Part shown: piece after piece, positions 51,236 through 60,872 of the stretch
Position numbering within the stretch: the first letter of the stretch is position 1
How the letters are laid out: every line of letters begins with the position of its first letter
Source of the DNA: Treponemataceae bacterium
GTDB lineage: Bacteria > Spirochaetota > Spirochaetia > Treponematales > Rectinemataceae
DNA length: 64,000 nt
Direction: 5' to 3'
Assembly (NCBI GenBank): GCA_963667725.2
Contig: CAXXHO010000005.1
Location: forward strand, 928,001-992,000
Translations under genes and position numbers: made by a program
Notes under the pieces: generated by a model
Seen by the model: the letters and a program-made list of their open reading frames with translations, nothing else
The model's database searches: none
What the model was told of the DNA's origin: nothing

Positions 51236-53443
51236 ATGAAAGCGATACTGGTTCAGCCGCCCTTTACCCAGCTCAACGCGCCCTATCCGGCGGTTCACTG
51301 CCTCGAAGCCTTTCTCCGCGGCCGAGGCGCGTTGGCAGTCTCCTATGACCATTCGATCGATCTCTACCGCCGAATTTTTTCGAGGAAGGGGCTGACGAAA
51401 GTGTTCGCCGACGCGCGCGCGGCCCTCGCGGCGCAAGCCGCTTTGGGGAGCGAAGAATCGAGGACGCAGGTCGAGCGCTACTTTTCTTATGAAAGGCTTT
51501 ACATCGAATGGATCGACAGCATCACGGACTTTCTCTCGGGGAGCGATCCCGCCATGGCGCATCGGCTGGCTTCGGCGGTCGAACTGCCTCAGGGCGCGCG
51601 TGCCAAGGCTTTCCTGGATGAGCGCGACGGGCGCATCGGTCCCGACGAGGCTCGTTCGCTCGCCACCCGCATCCTCGACGACCTGGGAGACTTCATTGCC
51701 TACGCCCTCGATCCCGCCTTCGGCACGGTACGCTACGCCGAGCGCCTCGCCTCCAGCCGCGCCGACTTCGGCGAGGTGCGCCGCGCGCTCGATTCGTCGT
51801 GGCTAATAAAAGAGTTTTATGTACCGATGCTCGAAGAATTCTGGACGGCGCGCGCGGCCGAGGCTTCCCGGGAACCCATCGACCTTATCCTCATAACCAT
51901 ACCCTTTCCCGGCTGCCTCATCGGGGCCCTGGCCTGCGCGCGGGTCGCGCGCGGGGTTTTCGGCGCTCATGACTCGGGGCCGCGCATCGTTTTCGGCGGC
52001 GGCTATGTCTCCACGGAACTGAGAGGCCTTCGCGATACGGGCATTTTTGACTTCTGCGACTATCTCTCCTTCGACGCTGGCTACGGGAGTCTCGCTTCCA
52101 TCATAGACAAGGTCCCGGCGCCCTATAAAACCATGACGCGCCGCGGCGACGATGATGTGCTTTTCAACGACGGCGCGTCGGAGGAGAAGTACAGGCTTCT
52201 GGAGCGCGAGGCCGTGACCACTATATTTCCCGATTTCCGCAGCGTCGATTTCGGCGCCTACCTGAGGATTGTCGACTCCGAGAACCCGATGCACCGGCTC
52301 TGGTCGGATACGCCATGGCTCAAATACAGCCTCGCGCACGGCTGTTACTGGCGGCGCTGCTCCTTCTGCGACACCGAACTCGAGTATGTCTCGGACTTCG
52401 CGCGCTCCAGCACCCAAGCCCTGCTCGCCGCTGCCGGCGAGGCAAGCGCGCGCAGCGGCCTCTACGGCATACACTTCGTGGATGAGGCCATGCCCATGGC
52501 CTCCCTCCTCGACTTCGCCCGCGTCAATCGCGCGCGCGCTTCCGGCGGCGAGCGACCCTTCTCCTACTGGGGGAATGTCCGCTTCGACGCCTCGTGGACA
52601 CAGGGCCGCTGCGAATTCCTGGCCGCCTCGGGGCTCGTCGCCGTTTCGGGCGGAATCGAGATCGCGACCGAGCGCGGACTCCGCATGACCGACAAGGGCT
52701 TCGACCTGGCGAGCCTCGTCCGGACCCTCGTCGCGATGAGGCGGGCCGGTCTTCTCGTGCATACCTACCTGATCTACGGCTTTCCGGGACAGCCTGTCGG
52801 TGACATCGTTGACTCGGCGGAGTTCTGCCGCCAGCTCTTCGCCTCGGGCCTCGTGGATTCCGCCTTCTGGCATCGCTTCGTGCTCACGAGACATTCGCGC
52901 ATGTACAGGGAGTGGCGGGACGGAAAGCGGCAGGCGCTCAAGCCTTCGGACAAGCCCTGGCGTTTCGCCAACAACGACCTGTCCTTCGCGGGAGAGGAAG
53001 CCTTCGACCGCTTCGACGCCCCCCTCGCGGCTGCCCTTTCCTCCTGGATGGAGGGCAGCGGGTTGGACATGCCCGTATCGACCTGGCTCGGCAGAGGCCT
53101 CCCCAAGGCATCCATCTCCCCCGACCTCGCGGAAACCCTCATCGCTTCGGCCGAGGAAGCCCTCGACGCAACTGTCCCCGCGCCGAACGCCCGAGCGTTC
53201 TGGATTGCGGGCCTGCCGATAGTAACCCCATCGTCATCAGGACAGGCTAGTTTGAAGTGGGTATACAGGGGCGATCTGCGATCGGTAGTCCTCTCTGTGG
53301 AGATGGCCGAAAAAGCCCGCCGCGCGCTCTCGTCGCCCGAGCTCTCCATCGCGGGGATGCCCCTCGCGGAACTCGACGCAGCGTTGGACCTGCCGCGCGC
53401 GATCATGGCGGAGTTTCTGTCGGGCGGTCTAGCTCTCGCCTAA
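51236..53443 (+). CDS. Radical SAM protein with an N-terminal B12-binding-like region
   Basis: PPFTQLNAPYP, GGGY, HGCYWRRCSFC, FVDEA and YLIYGFP. Confidence 0.85.
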   Translation: MKAILVQPPFTQLNAPYPAVHCLEAFLRGRGALAVSYDHSIDLYRRIFSRKGLTKVFADARAALAAQAALGSEESRTQVERYFSYERLYIEWIDSITDFLSGSDPAMAHRLASAVELPQGARAKAFLDERDGRIGPDEARSLATRILDDLGDFIAYALDPAFGTVRYAERLASSRADFGEVRRALDSSWLIKEFYVPMLEEFWTARAAEASREPIDLILITIPFPGCLIGALACARVARGVFGAHDSGPRIVFGGGYVSTELRGLRDTGIFDFCDYLSFDAGYGSLASIIDKVPAPYKTMTRRGDDDVLFNDGASEEKYRLLEREAVTTIFPDFRSVDFGAYLRIVDSENPMHRLWSDTPWLKYSLAHGCYWRRCSFCDTELEYVSDFARSSTQALLAAAGEASARSGLYGIHFVDEAMPMASLLDFARVNRARASGGERPFSYWGNVRFDASWTQGRCEFLAASGLVAVSGGIEIATERGLRMTDKGFDLASLVRTLVAMRRAGLLVHTYLIYGFPGQPVGDIVDSAEFCRQLFASGLVDSAFWHRFVLTRHSRMYREWRDGKRQALKPSDKPWRFANNDLSFAGEEAFDRFDAPLAAALSSWMEGSGLDMPVSTWLGRGLPKASISPDLAETLIASAEEALDATVPAPNARAFWIAGLPIVTPSSSGQASLKWVYRGDLRSVVLSVEMAEKARRALSSPELSIAGMPLAELDAALDLPRAIMAEFLSGGLALA

Positions 53444-53525
53444 GCTGCTGATAAATTCCTTATATCAATAAACACAAACTCATTCTTCACCGCATCCCCG
53501 GCGCGAGTTGAAAGTAAATTTTTTA

Positions 53526-53553
53526 TTGACAAACTCAGAATATGTGGTAAAAT
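53526..53553 (+). promoter_or_regulatory. Putative sigma70 promoter
   Basis: TTGACA-N16-TAAAAT with a TG extension. Confidence 0.7.
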
Positions 53554-53590
53554 GAACTAATAGTACGCCTGGTGAACTATTGGAGTAGTC

Positions 53591-54430
53591 ATGGAAAAAG
53601 AGGGATCGCTCGTTAGGGCTTTGGAGCGTGGGATAAAAGTGCTTTTCGCGCTCGAGTCCGCCGGAAAGCCTTTAAGCCTCAGGGAACTCGCGGCTGCGAT
53701 AGAGCTCTCGAATGCCACGACTTTGCGCATGATCGCCACGCTTGAGGAGTATGGTCTCGTTGAAAAAGCTCACGCCGGTTATAGACTAGGACTCTCCGTA
53801 CTCCCTCTTACGCATGGGTATCTTCTCGGAAATGAACTGACGCTGGCATCATTGCCGGTTCTCCAAGACTTGGCGAGAAGTACAGGGGAAGCGGTTTCCC
53901 TCTTTGTTCGATTCGGCTTCGAACGCATCGTCATTCAGCGCGTCGATGGTCCCGCTGCATTGCGCTACCTCTATCCTGCCGGGCAGCGACTGCCCTTGTT
54001 CCTCGGTGTCGGTAAGGTGCTAGCCGCCGCCATGCAGCCTAATGAGCTCGAATACCTCCTTGAAATCGCCTGCAAGACCAGGTTGGCTACGGGCGAGCCT
54101 TTTCTCCGCTCCAAATTCCTGGAGGAGATGGAGCAGATCAGAAAAGTCAAGTTCGCGATTTCCAGAAATGAACGTGTTATGGGTGTGGCTTCGGTAGCCG
54201 CTCCAATCGTCAACGCCTCGGGCGCCACGATTGCCGCTGTGAGCATAGCTGGCCCCTCGGATCGCATGACCATGGAAAAGCTCAACGAATTGTCGGTGGA
54301 GATCAGGAGAGGAGCAAAAGCGATATCTGACCAATGCGGATACGCGGAAAGTCCCGTCGTCGCAGGCGGAAGGCCTGGGTTCCCGGGCGAGGTCACGGCA
54401 GCGCGTCGATCGACCGACTACACCATGTGA
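53591..54430 (+). CDS. IclR-family transcriptional regulator
   Basis: ALERGIKVL...HTH, GVGKVL and VASVAAPI. Confidence 0.92.
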   Translation: MEKEGSLVRALERGIKVLFALESAGKPLSLRELAAAIELSNATTLRMIATLEEYGLVEKAHAGYRLGLSVLPLTHGYLLGNELTLASLPVLQDLARSTGEAVSLFVRFGFERIVIQRVDGPAALRYLYPAGQRLPLFLGVGKVLAAAMQPNELEYLLEIACKTRLATGEPFLRSKFLEEMEQIRKVKFAISRNERVMGVASVAAPIVNASGATIAAVSIAGPSDRMTMEKLNELSVEIRRGAKAISDQCGYAESPVVAGGRPGFPGEVTAARRSTDYTM

Positions 54431-54466
54431 GCGCGATCCTCACGACTAAAAAGCATAACGGGGGAA

Positions 54467-55441
54467 GTGATGAAGAAGTATTCCGTCGTGGTCACCGGCA
54501 AAATCGCCGATGAAGCCATGAAAATTTTGGAGCCAGCCTGCGAGGTCGTATGCACAAAACCTTATTGTCCCGAAGATGATTTCGCGGCGCTTATGGCCGA
54601 GGTCAAAGCCGACGCCCTCATTGTTCGAGGTGTGGCGGGGAAAGTTTCCAAGAAGATCATGGAGGCATCGGGTCGGCTTCGTGTTATCGCGAAGCATGGC
54701 GTAGGCACGGACAATATCGATGTCGCCGCCGCGACGTCCTTGGGAATTCCCGTCCTCAATACGCCAGAAGCAAATTTCGAAGCTGTCGCCGAGCACGTTC
54801 TCGGTATGGTCTTGAGTCTGGCGAAAGATCTCGCGAAACAGGACGCGCGTGTGCGCGGCGGTTTCTGGGACAAACTCGACTATCGCGGCATGGAGCTCAA
54901 TGAAAAGACTCTAGGCCTCGTGGGGTTCGGGAGAATCGGGCGACGTCTGCGAGAACTTGTGGCTCCGCTTAACATGAAGGTGCTCGTCTATGATCCCTTC
55001 CTGCCGGTCGATGCTAGGACAGGCGACGTGATGTGGGTCGATGCGCTCGACGATCTTCTGGAAGCCTCGGACATCGTAAGTCTGCATTGCCCGCTCACGG
55101 ACAAGACCAGGGGCATGATTGGGGCCAAGCAGTTTGAGAAGATGCGGCGTTCCGCTTTCCTCATCAATACAGCGAGAGGGCCAATCATCAACGAGGAAGA
55201 TCTCGTGGTGGCGCTCAAGGAAAGTAAAATCGCAGGGGTCGGTATGGACACTTTCGCGAAAGAGCCTCCTGAACATGTTGCCGAAATCGCGGAAGCGGGG
55301 AAAGCCCTTTTCACCCCCCACCTCGGAGCAGCCACCGAAGAAGCCTTTATCCGTATGGGCGTTGGCGCGGCGCAAGGCGTGCTCCATGTGCTGGAGGGAC
55401 AGGCCCCTGATCCCGGATGCCATGTAAACCGTAAAAAGTGA
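54467..55441 (+). CDS. D-2-hydroxyacid dehydrogenase (SerA-like, no ACT domain)
   Basis: HGVGTDNID, GFGRIG, INTARG and TPHLGA. Confidence 0.9.
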   Translation: MMKKYSVVVTGKIADEAMKILEPACEVVCTKPYCPEDDFAALMAEVKADALIVRGVAGKVSKKIMEASGRLRVIAKHGVGTDNIDVAAATSLGIPVLNTPEANFEAVAEHVLGMVLSLAKDLAKQDARVRGGFWDKLDYRGMELNEKTLGLVGFGRIGRRLRELVAPLNMKVLVYDPFLPVDARTGDVMWVDALDDLLEASDIVSLHCPLTDKTRGMIGAKQFEKMRRSAFLINTARGPIINEEDLVVALKESKIAGVGMDTFAKEPPEHVAEIAEAGKALFTPHLGAATEEAFIRMGVGAAQGVLHVLEGQAPDPGCHVNRKK

Positions 55442-55454
55442 AAGGAGCAGAAAA

Positions 55455-55934
55455 ATGACCAAAAGAGTTCATCAGGGTACAGCCATTGGCGGCATCGCTA
55501 TCGCGATCTCCATCATAGTTGGATCCTTGGAATTGCAGTTCTATACAAGATTGGGTCCTGGACCCGGATTCTTTCCTCTCATACTCGCCGTCATTTTTGG
55601 CATTCTTTCCCTCGTTTGGCTCATTCAGTCGACAGTATATAAATCCGAATCGGGCGAAAAAAAGTTCCTTCCAGATAAAGCCGCGCTTGCGAGGATAGGC
55701 GCTATCGTCGTCAGCCTTATCGGGGTGAGAATTCTGATGAACCCGCTCGGCTATCAGCTTACGATGTTCATGTTTCTCTTCATTCTAATCAAGTTCCTCG
55801 GTAAGAGGAAACTTGTCGAAACGGTGATTGTATCGTTATTTGGAAGCGTTGGCGTTTATTATCTATTCGGGAAAGTCTTAGGTCTCCTGCTCCCGACTTC
55901 TTCAATCGCTTTCTTGGCCGCGATCGGGCTTTAG
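55455..55934 (+). CDS. tctB: Tripartite tricarboxylate transporter small subunit
   Basis: GPGPGFFP, 4-5 TM, next to tctA. Confidence 0.85.
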   Translation: MTKRVHQGTAIGGIAIAISIIVGSLELQFYTRLGPGPGFFPLILAVIFGILSLVWLIQSTVYKSESGEKKFLPDKAALARIGAIVVSLIGVRILMNPLGYQLTMFMFLFILIKFLGKRKLVETVIVSLFGSVGVYYLFGKVLGLLLPTSSIAFLAAIGL

Positions 55935-55943
55935 GAGAAATTC

Positions 55944-57446
55944 ATGGAATCGTTCAGCAATTTATTGATGGGGTTTTCTGTCGCCCTCCAGCCAGGGAAC
56001 CTGCTTCTCGCTTTTCTCGGTTCGGCGCTTGGTACCTTGATTGGCGTTCTGCCCGGTATTGGACCTTCGGCTGGCGCCGCGATTCTAATTCCCCTTACAT
56101 TCCAGATGGATCCGACGGGCGCCATCATAATGCTCACCGCGCTATTTTATGGCACGCAATACGGCGGCACAATCACCTCGGTGCTCCTTAACGTCCCCGG
56201 CGAAGCAGCCTCAGCCATCACTTGCTTAGACGGCTATGAACTCGCAAAGCAGGGCAAAGCCGGAACAGCTCTCTCCCTGGCGGCAATCGGCTCTTTTATT
56301 GGTGGACTATTCGCGACTATATGCCTCGTCTTGGCGGCGGCGCCTTTAACAAAAATGGCACTTCAGTTTGGCCCTGTCGAATCCTTCGCTCTTCTCACCG
56401 TCGGCCTCTCCCTCGTGATGGGACTGGCGGGAAAATCGATGGTGAAAGCTTTGATGATGGGTGTTCTGGGACTCCTCCTTTCGATGGTAGGACTGGATCC
56501 TGTGCGAGGAATGCCTCGATTCACTTTTGGCCGGCTCGAACTCATGGAAGGCCTTGATTTTGTGCCTGTCATCATGGGTATATTCGGGCTGGCGGAAGTC
56601 CTCGCCAACGCCGAAGAGGGATTCGGCGAGATAACCCTCGCGAAAATGAGCTCGCTCTTTCCCTCAAGGAGCGATTTAAAACGATCGGTAAAGCCGATAA
56701 TCCGTGGAAGCTTGATAGGGACAGGGCTTGGACTTATCCCGGGCATGACCGGCTCCGCCGCTTCTTTTCTTTCCTATATAACCGAGAAGAAATCATCCAA
56801 GACGCCCGAAAAATTCGGAACAGGAATGGTCGAAGGCGTTGTAGGCCCCGAGACGGCGAATAATGCGCACGCCAACGGCGCGCTGATCCCTCTTTTCACG
56901 CTCGGCATTCCCTCGTCGCCCACGGTCGCCGTCATCATGGGCGCTTTTATGATGCATGGACTCGTCCCCGGCCCATTTCTTTTTACCGAACATCCTGACA
57001 TCGCTTGGGGTGTGATCGCGAGCTTTGTCATCGGCAATATCATTCTATTAATTCTCAACCTCCCTCTGATCAGAATCTGGGTGAAAATCCTTAAAATTCC
57101 TTACGGACTGCTATTCGCGGTAATTCTTGGCTTTATGGTCCTTGGCGCCTTCAGCGTGAACAACAGCGTTTTCGATATCATGATCATGCTCGGCTTCGGT
57201 CTCTTCGCATTCTTCATGAAGAAAATGGATTTCCCGATGGCTCCTCTCATCCTTACCCTGATCCTGGGACCGCAGATGGAAAGAGCCTTAAGACAGTCCC
57301 TCGAAATCAGCCAAGGCTCGTTCTCCATTTTCATCGAAACGCCGCTTTCGGCGATCCTTTTTGTTCTAGCCGTGATCATTTTAATAGCGCCAGCCTTTAA
57401 ATCGCTCAGAAAACGAAAGGAGAAGGTTTCCGGGGAAGGCGCATGA
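55944..57446 (+). CDS. tctA: Tripartite tricarboxylate transporter large permease
   Basis: GVLPGIG, YGG...NVPGE, ETANNA and TLGIP. Confidence 0.93.
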   Translation: MESFSNLLMGFSVALQPGNLLLAFLGSALGTLIGVLPGIGPSAGAAILIPLTFQMDPTGAIIMLTALFYGTQYGGTITSVLLNVPGEAASAITCLDGYELAKQGKAGTALSLAAIGSFIGGLFATICLVLAAAPLTKMALQFGPVESFALLTVGLSLVMGLAGKSMVKALMMGVLGLLLSMVGLDPVRGMPRFTFGRLELMEGLDFVPVIMGIFGLAEVLANAEEGFGEITLAKMSSLFPSRSDLKRSVKPIIRGSLIGTGLGLIPGMTGSAASFLSYITEKKSSKTPEKFGTGMVEGVVGPETANNAHANGALIPLFTLGIPSSPTVAVIMGAFMMHGLVPGPFLFTEHPDIAWGVIASFVIGNIILLILNLPLIRIWVKILKIPYGLLFAVILGFMVLGAFSVNNSVFDIMIMLGFGLFAFFMKKMDFPMAPLILTLILGPQMERALRQSLEISQGSFSIFIETPLSAILFVLAVIILIAPAFKSLRKRKEKVSGEGA

Positions 57447-57526
57447 ATGAATCTTGCCATGGCGCGTATTTCATATCGGCAGTAAGGACGAATATCGTCC
57501 TATAAATATTTTAGGAGGCTTTTGAA

Positions 57527-58513
57527 ATGAACTGCAAAAAATCGCATGGATTCATGGTGACTGTGGCTGTGGCCGCTCTCTTTGCTCTCTGTCTAGCGCC
57601 CCTCTCCGCTCAAGCCAGTTGGCCTGCTAAGGGCAAATCCATCCAGCTCTGGATCGGCTACGCCGCTGGTTCTGGAACCGATGCCGGAGCGCGCCTGATG
57701 GCCGCGGGGCTCGAGAAGGAGCTTGGCGTTTCGATCGTCCCGATGAACAAACCGGGAGCCAGTTCGCAGATAATGTATTCCGAGCTTGCGAAAGCGAAAG
57801 GCGACGGCTATGTTTTCGGCACCATCAACTTTCCCTCGGCCGTCGTTAGCTATATAGACCCCGACCGGAAGGCGACATATACGAAGAAAAACTTCGATCT
57901 TCTGGCCCTCCATATCGTGGACCCGGGGATTATCGCCGTGCTTCCCAACAGTCCCTATAAGACCCTCAGCGACCTCGTGGCGGCAGCCAAGGCTAACCCA
58001 AGGAAGGTCACGATCACGACGTCCGGTATCCAGAGCGATGAGCATTTCGCTCTCCTTCAGCTTCAGGAAATGACCGGCGCGCAGTTCGCTTTCGTCCACT
58101 TCTCGCAGGGTGCGGCTGCGGCAATTGCTCCCTTCCTTGGCGGAAAGGTTGATGCCTATACCGGTAACGTGGCTGATGTTATCGCCCAGTATAAGGCTGG
58201 ACAGGTCAGGATACTTGGCGTCATGGACGATGTTCGCAGCCGCTTTTATCCCGAAGTCCCGACTTTCGAGGAACAGGGCTTTAAGCTCTACAATTCCGCT
58301 AACCGTGGCTATGCCGTTCCCGCCGGAACGCCTAAAGCAATCGTCGATAAGCTGAGCGCCGCCATGAAGAAAGTCATGGAGTCGCCCGAACACATGAAGC
58401 AGGTCGAAGACATGGGTCTTACGCTCCGTTATCTCAATTCCGAGCAATATTCAAAGTTCTGGGACGATTACGCGGAAACTGTCAAACGTCTTCTTCCGCT
58501 GAGTAAGGAATGA
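57527..58513 (+). CDS. tctC: Tripartite tricarboxylate transporter substrate-binding protein
   Basis: AAGSGTD..AR, NKPGA, DGY, EVPTFEEQG and PAGTP. Confidence 0.9.
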   Translation: MNCKKSHGFMVTVAVAALFALCLAPLSAQASWPAKGKSIQLWIGYAAGSGTDAGARLMAAGLEKELGVSIVPMNKPGASSQIMYSELAKAKGDGYVFGTINFPSAVVSYIDPDRKATYTKKNFDLLALHIVDPGIIAVLPNSPYKTLSDLVAAAKANPRKVTITTSGIQSDEHFALLQLQEMTGAQFAFVHFSQGAAAAIAPFLGGKVDAYTGNVADVIAQYKAGQVRILGVMDDVRSRFYPEVPTFEEQGFKLYNSANRGYAVPAGTPKAIVDKLSAAMKKVMESPEHMKQVEDMGLTLRYLNSEQYSKFWDDYAETVKRLLPLSKE

Positions 58514-58542
58514 AGATTTTCTAAATTAAGAAAGGAGAATCT

Positions 58543-59241
58543 ATGTCCATTGGCTTCAGAGTATTTTTAAAACGCGACCTTCCGCCTGCGGAACTAGTCG
58601 CGGCGTTCAAAGAGCTTCCGCCGGCTAACGTCGCGGATACGATGAACCGTCTTTGCGCGCTATCTTCCGAGATCATGCTTCTTTCCGCGCCACGGGAGGA
58701 GATTATGGTGGGAGTCGCTCTCACCGTGAAGGCCAGGCCAGGCGATAACCTCATGATTCACAAAGCTCTCAACATGGCCGGTCCCGGCGATGTGGTAGTC
58801 GTGTCGAACGAAGGCGACCGAAGCCAGTCCCTTGTGGGTGAAATCATGGTGACGTACGCAAAATCCAAAGGTATAACTGGGCTGATTTTCGACGGGCCGA
58901 TCCGCGACATTGGAGCCATTTCTGAAATGGATATTCCCGTGTATGCGACGAGCACGACACCTGGCGGTCCTTTCAAGGAAGGCCCAGGGGAAGTCAATGT
59001 GCCCATCGCCTGCGGGGGTGTCTCCATTGAGCCAGGCGATATTGTCCTCGGCGATCAGGATGGCGTGATCATCATTCCTAAGAAAGACGCTGCCGCGGTT
59101 CTCGAGGCTGCTCGCAAGTTTAAGGCGAGCGATAGCGCCAAGCTGCTGGCTGCCCAAAACGGTACGGCCGATCGCAGCTGGGTGGACAAAACGCTCGCAG
59201 CGAAAGGCTGCGAAATAATCGATGGGGCTTTTGGCGACTGA
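58543..59241 (+). CDS. RraA-family protein (HMG/CHA aldolase-like)
   Basis: GDNLMIH, GEIM, DGPIRD and GDIVLGDQDGV. Confidence 0.88.
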   Translation: MSIGFRVFLKRDLPPAELVAAFKELPPANVADTMNRLCALSSEIMLLSAPREEIMVGVALTVKARPGDNLMIHKALNMAGPGDVVVVSNEGDRSQSLVGEIMVTYAKSKGITGLIFDGPIRDIGAISEMDIPVYATSTTPGGPFKEGPGEVNVPIACGGVSIEPGDIVLGDQDGVIIIPKKDAAAVLEAARKFKASDSAKLLAAQNGTADRSWVDKTLAAKGCEIIDGAFGD

Positions 59242-59267
59242 GCGGAAGCTGAAAAGATCGAATCTTG

Positions 59268-59306
59268 GGGCTGATCGTGGATATTTCCGCGATCAGCCCT
59301 TTCTTT
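59268..59306 (+). terminator. Rho-independent terminator
   Basis: GGGCTGATCGTGGA-TATT-TCCGCGATCAGCCC followed by TTTCTTT. Confidence 0.75.
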
Positions 59307-59320
59307 ATATAAAATTTACG
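59304..59320 (+). promoter_or_regulatory. Candidate KdpE-type binding site
   Basis: TTTATA-N5-TTTACG with an 11-bp period, upstream of trkH-kdpD-kdpE-like genes. Confidence 0.5.
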
Positions 59321-59383
59321 GCAGACCCCAAAAAACCTCCACCATCTTTATATCGCCCTCGCTAAAGTAAGCGTCGAACACCC

Positions 59384-60871
59384 ATGAACTTCCAATTATC
59401 CGGCACAAAGGCCGAAGGATATCAGCTAGTCGCCGGCTATCTCGGCGCGGCAGCTATGGCGGCAGGCGCCGTTGTCCTGCTCCCTCTCCTCTTTCTGCTG
59501 GCTTTTCCGGAAGAAATGCCCTACGCCGTCGATTTCATAGCCCCGGGCGTCGCGAGCATAACAATCGGATACCTCCTCCTCCTGTTCATCAAAGGCAAGC
59601 ACAGAAGTCAGCTTAAAAAGCACCAGGACTCGGTCGTCATCGCGGCCTCGTGGATCATCGCGATCCTGGTTTCCGCCGTGCCCTTCGTCATGACGGGCCG
59701 ATACGATTTCCCGCAGGCAGTCTTCGAGGCAGCGAGCGGATATACAGCGACGGGACTCACCGTCGTCGACGTCGAACAGAGCCCGAAAATATTTCTCGCC
59801 TTCAGGAGCATCATGCTCTATTTCGGCGCCGTCGGCTTCGTGCTCGCGATGACCTCCATTCTCTCCGACCGCTATGGGATGCGTCTCTACACCGCCACCG
59901 GACACAACGACAGACTCATTCCCAACCTCATCGCGTCGATGCGGACCGTGTCGGCCATCTACACCGGATATATCGCGTCGGGCACGCTTCTCTATCTTGT
60001 TTTCGGCATGAGCTGGTTCGACGCGCTGAATCACTCGATCGCGGCCCTCTCCACGGGAGGCTTCTCCACGAAAGCCCTGAGCATCGGAGCCTATGACAGC
60101 TTCCCTATCGAAATCGTCACCATCGTCCTGATGCTTCTCGGTTCCACGAACTTCTTCGTCCACCTCCTCATCATCAAGGGCAAATTCTCGGGCTGGCTTC
60201 GCCACTGCGAGACGAAGTTTTCCCTCGTCCTCATCGGCCTCGCCGCGCCTCTGATCTGCGCGCTCCTTCTGGGAGGGGTCGCCAGGGACCTGCCACGAGC
60301 GGCCAGGCTCGCGCTTTTCCAGACGGTATCGGCCTTGACTACCACGGGATTCCGCACCGCCGGCGATTTCGCGGCTTGGCCTTCTTCGGCGCTCTTCATT
60401 CTGATAATATTGATGCTGGTCGGCGGCGGCGCGGGATCGGCCTCCGGAGGCATCAAGCAGGCAAGAATAGTAATTATTCTCAAATCTGCGTTTCGAAACC
60501 TGCGGCAGAAATTCAACGACAGGAGAATCATCGCGCCCGATACCGTCCACGCCCTGGGCGGGGAAAGCGTCATAAGCGACGAGGACAGGACCCAGGCGGG
60601 CTTATTCGCCCTCGTTTACCTCGCCATATTCGCCATGGGAACGCTCGCCTATTGTTTTTTCGGCTATTCGATACAGGATTCGGCCTTTGAGTTCGCGTCG
60701 GCCCTGGGAACGGTCGGATTTTCGACGGGCATAACCGGCTATGCCGCTCCTTCCGGCGTCCTATGGGTGGGGATCGCCGGGATGCTGCTGGGGCGGCTGG
60801 AAATCTATGTCGTATTCATGGGGTTCGCGCGAATCGCCAAAGATGCCGCCGACGCGATTCATGGAAGGTAA
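59384..60871 (+). CDS. trkH: TrkH-family K+ uptake membrane protein
   Basis: Four pore loops SGYTATG, ALSTGGF, ALTTTGF and ALGTVGF; GGIK; LGRLE. Confidence 0.9.
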   Translation: MNFQLSGTKAEGYQLVAGYLGAAAMAAGAVVLLPLLFLLAFPEEMPYAVDFIAPGVASITIGYLLLLFIKGKHRSQLKKHQDSVVIAASWIIAILVSAVPFVMTGRYDFPQAVFEAASGYTATGLTVVDVEQSPKIFLAFRSIMLYFGAVGFVLAMTSILSDRYGMRLYTATGHNDRLIPNLIASMRTVSAIYTGYIASGTLLYLVFGMSWFDALNHSIAALSTGGFSTKALSIGAYDSFPIEIVTIVLMLLGSTNFFVHLLIIKGKFSGWLRHCETKFSLVLIGLAAPLICALLLGGVARDLPRAARLALFQTVSALTTTGFRTAGDFAAWPSSALFILIILMLVGGGAGSASGGIKQARIVIILKSAFRNLRQKFNDRRIIAPDTVHALGGESVISDEDRTQAGLFALVYLAIFAMGTLAYCFFGYSIQDSAFEFASALGTVGFSTGITGYAAPSGVLWVGIAGMLLGRLEIYVVFMGFARIAKDAADAIHGR

Positions 60872-60872
60872 T

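Noticed and set aside
60741..60872. Extended start of the sensor kinase
   Set aside because: Overlaps trkH out of frame; ATG 60873 follows the trkH stop with an RBS-like GGAAGG
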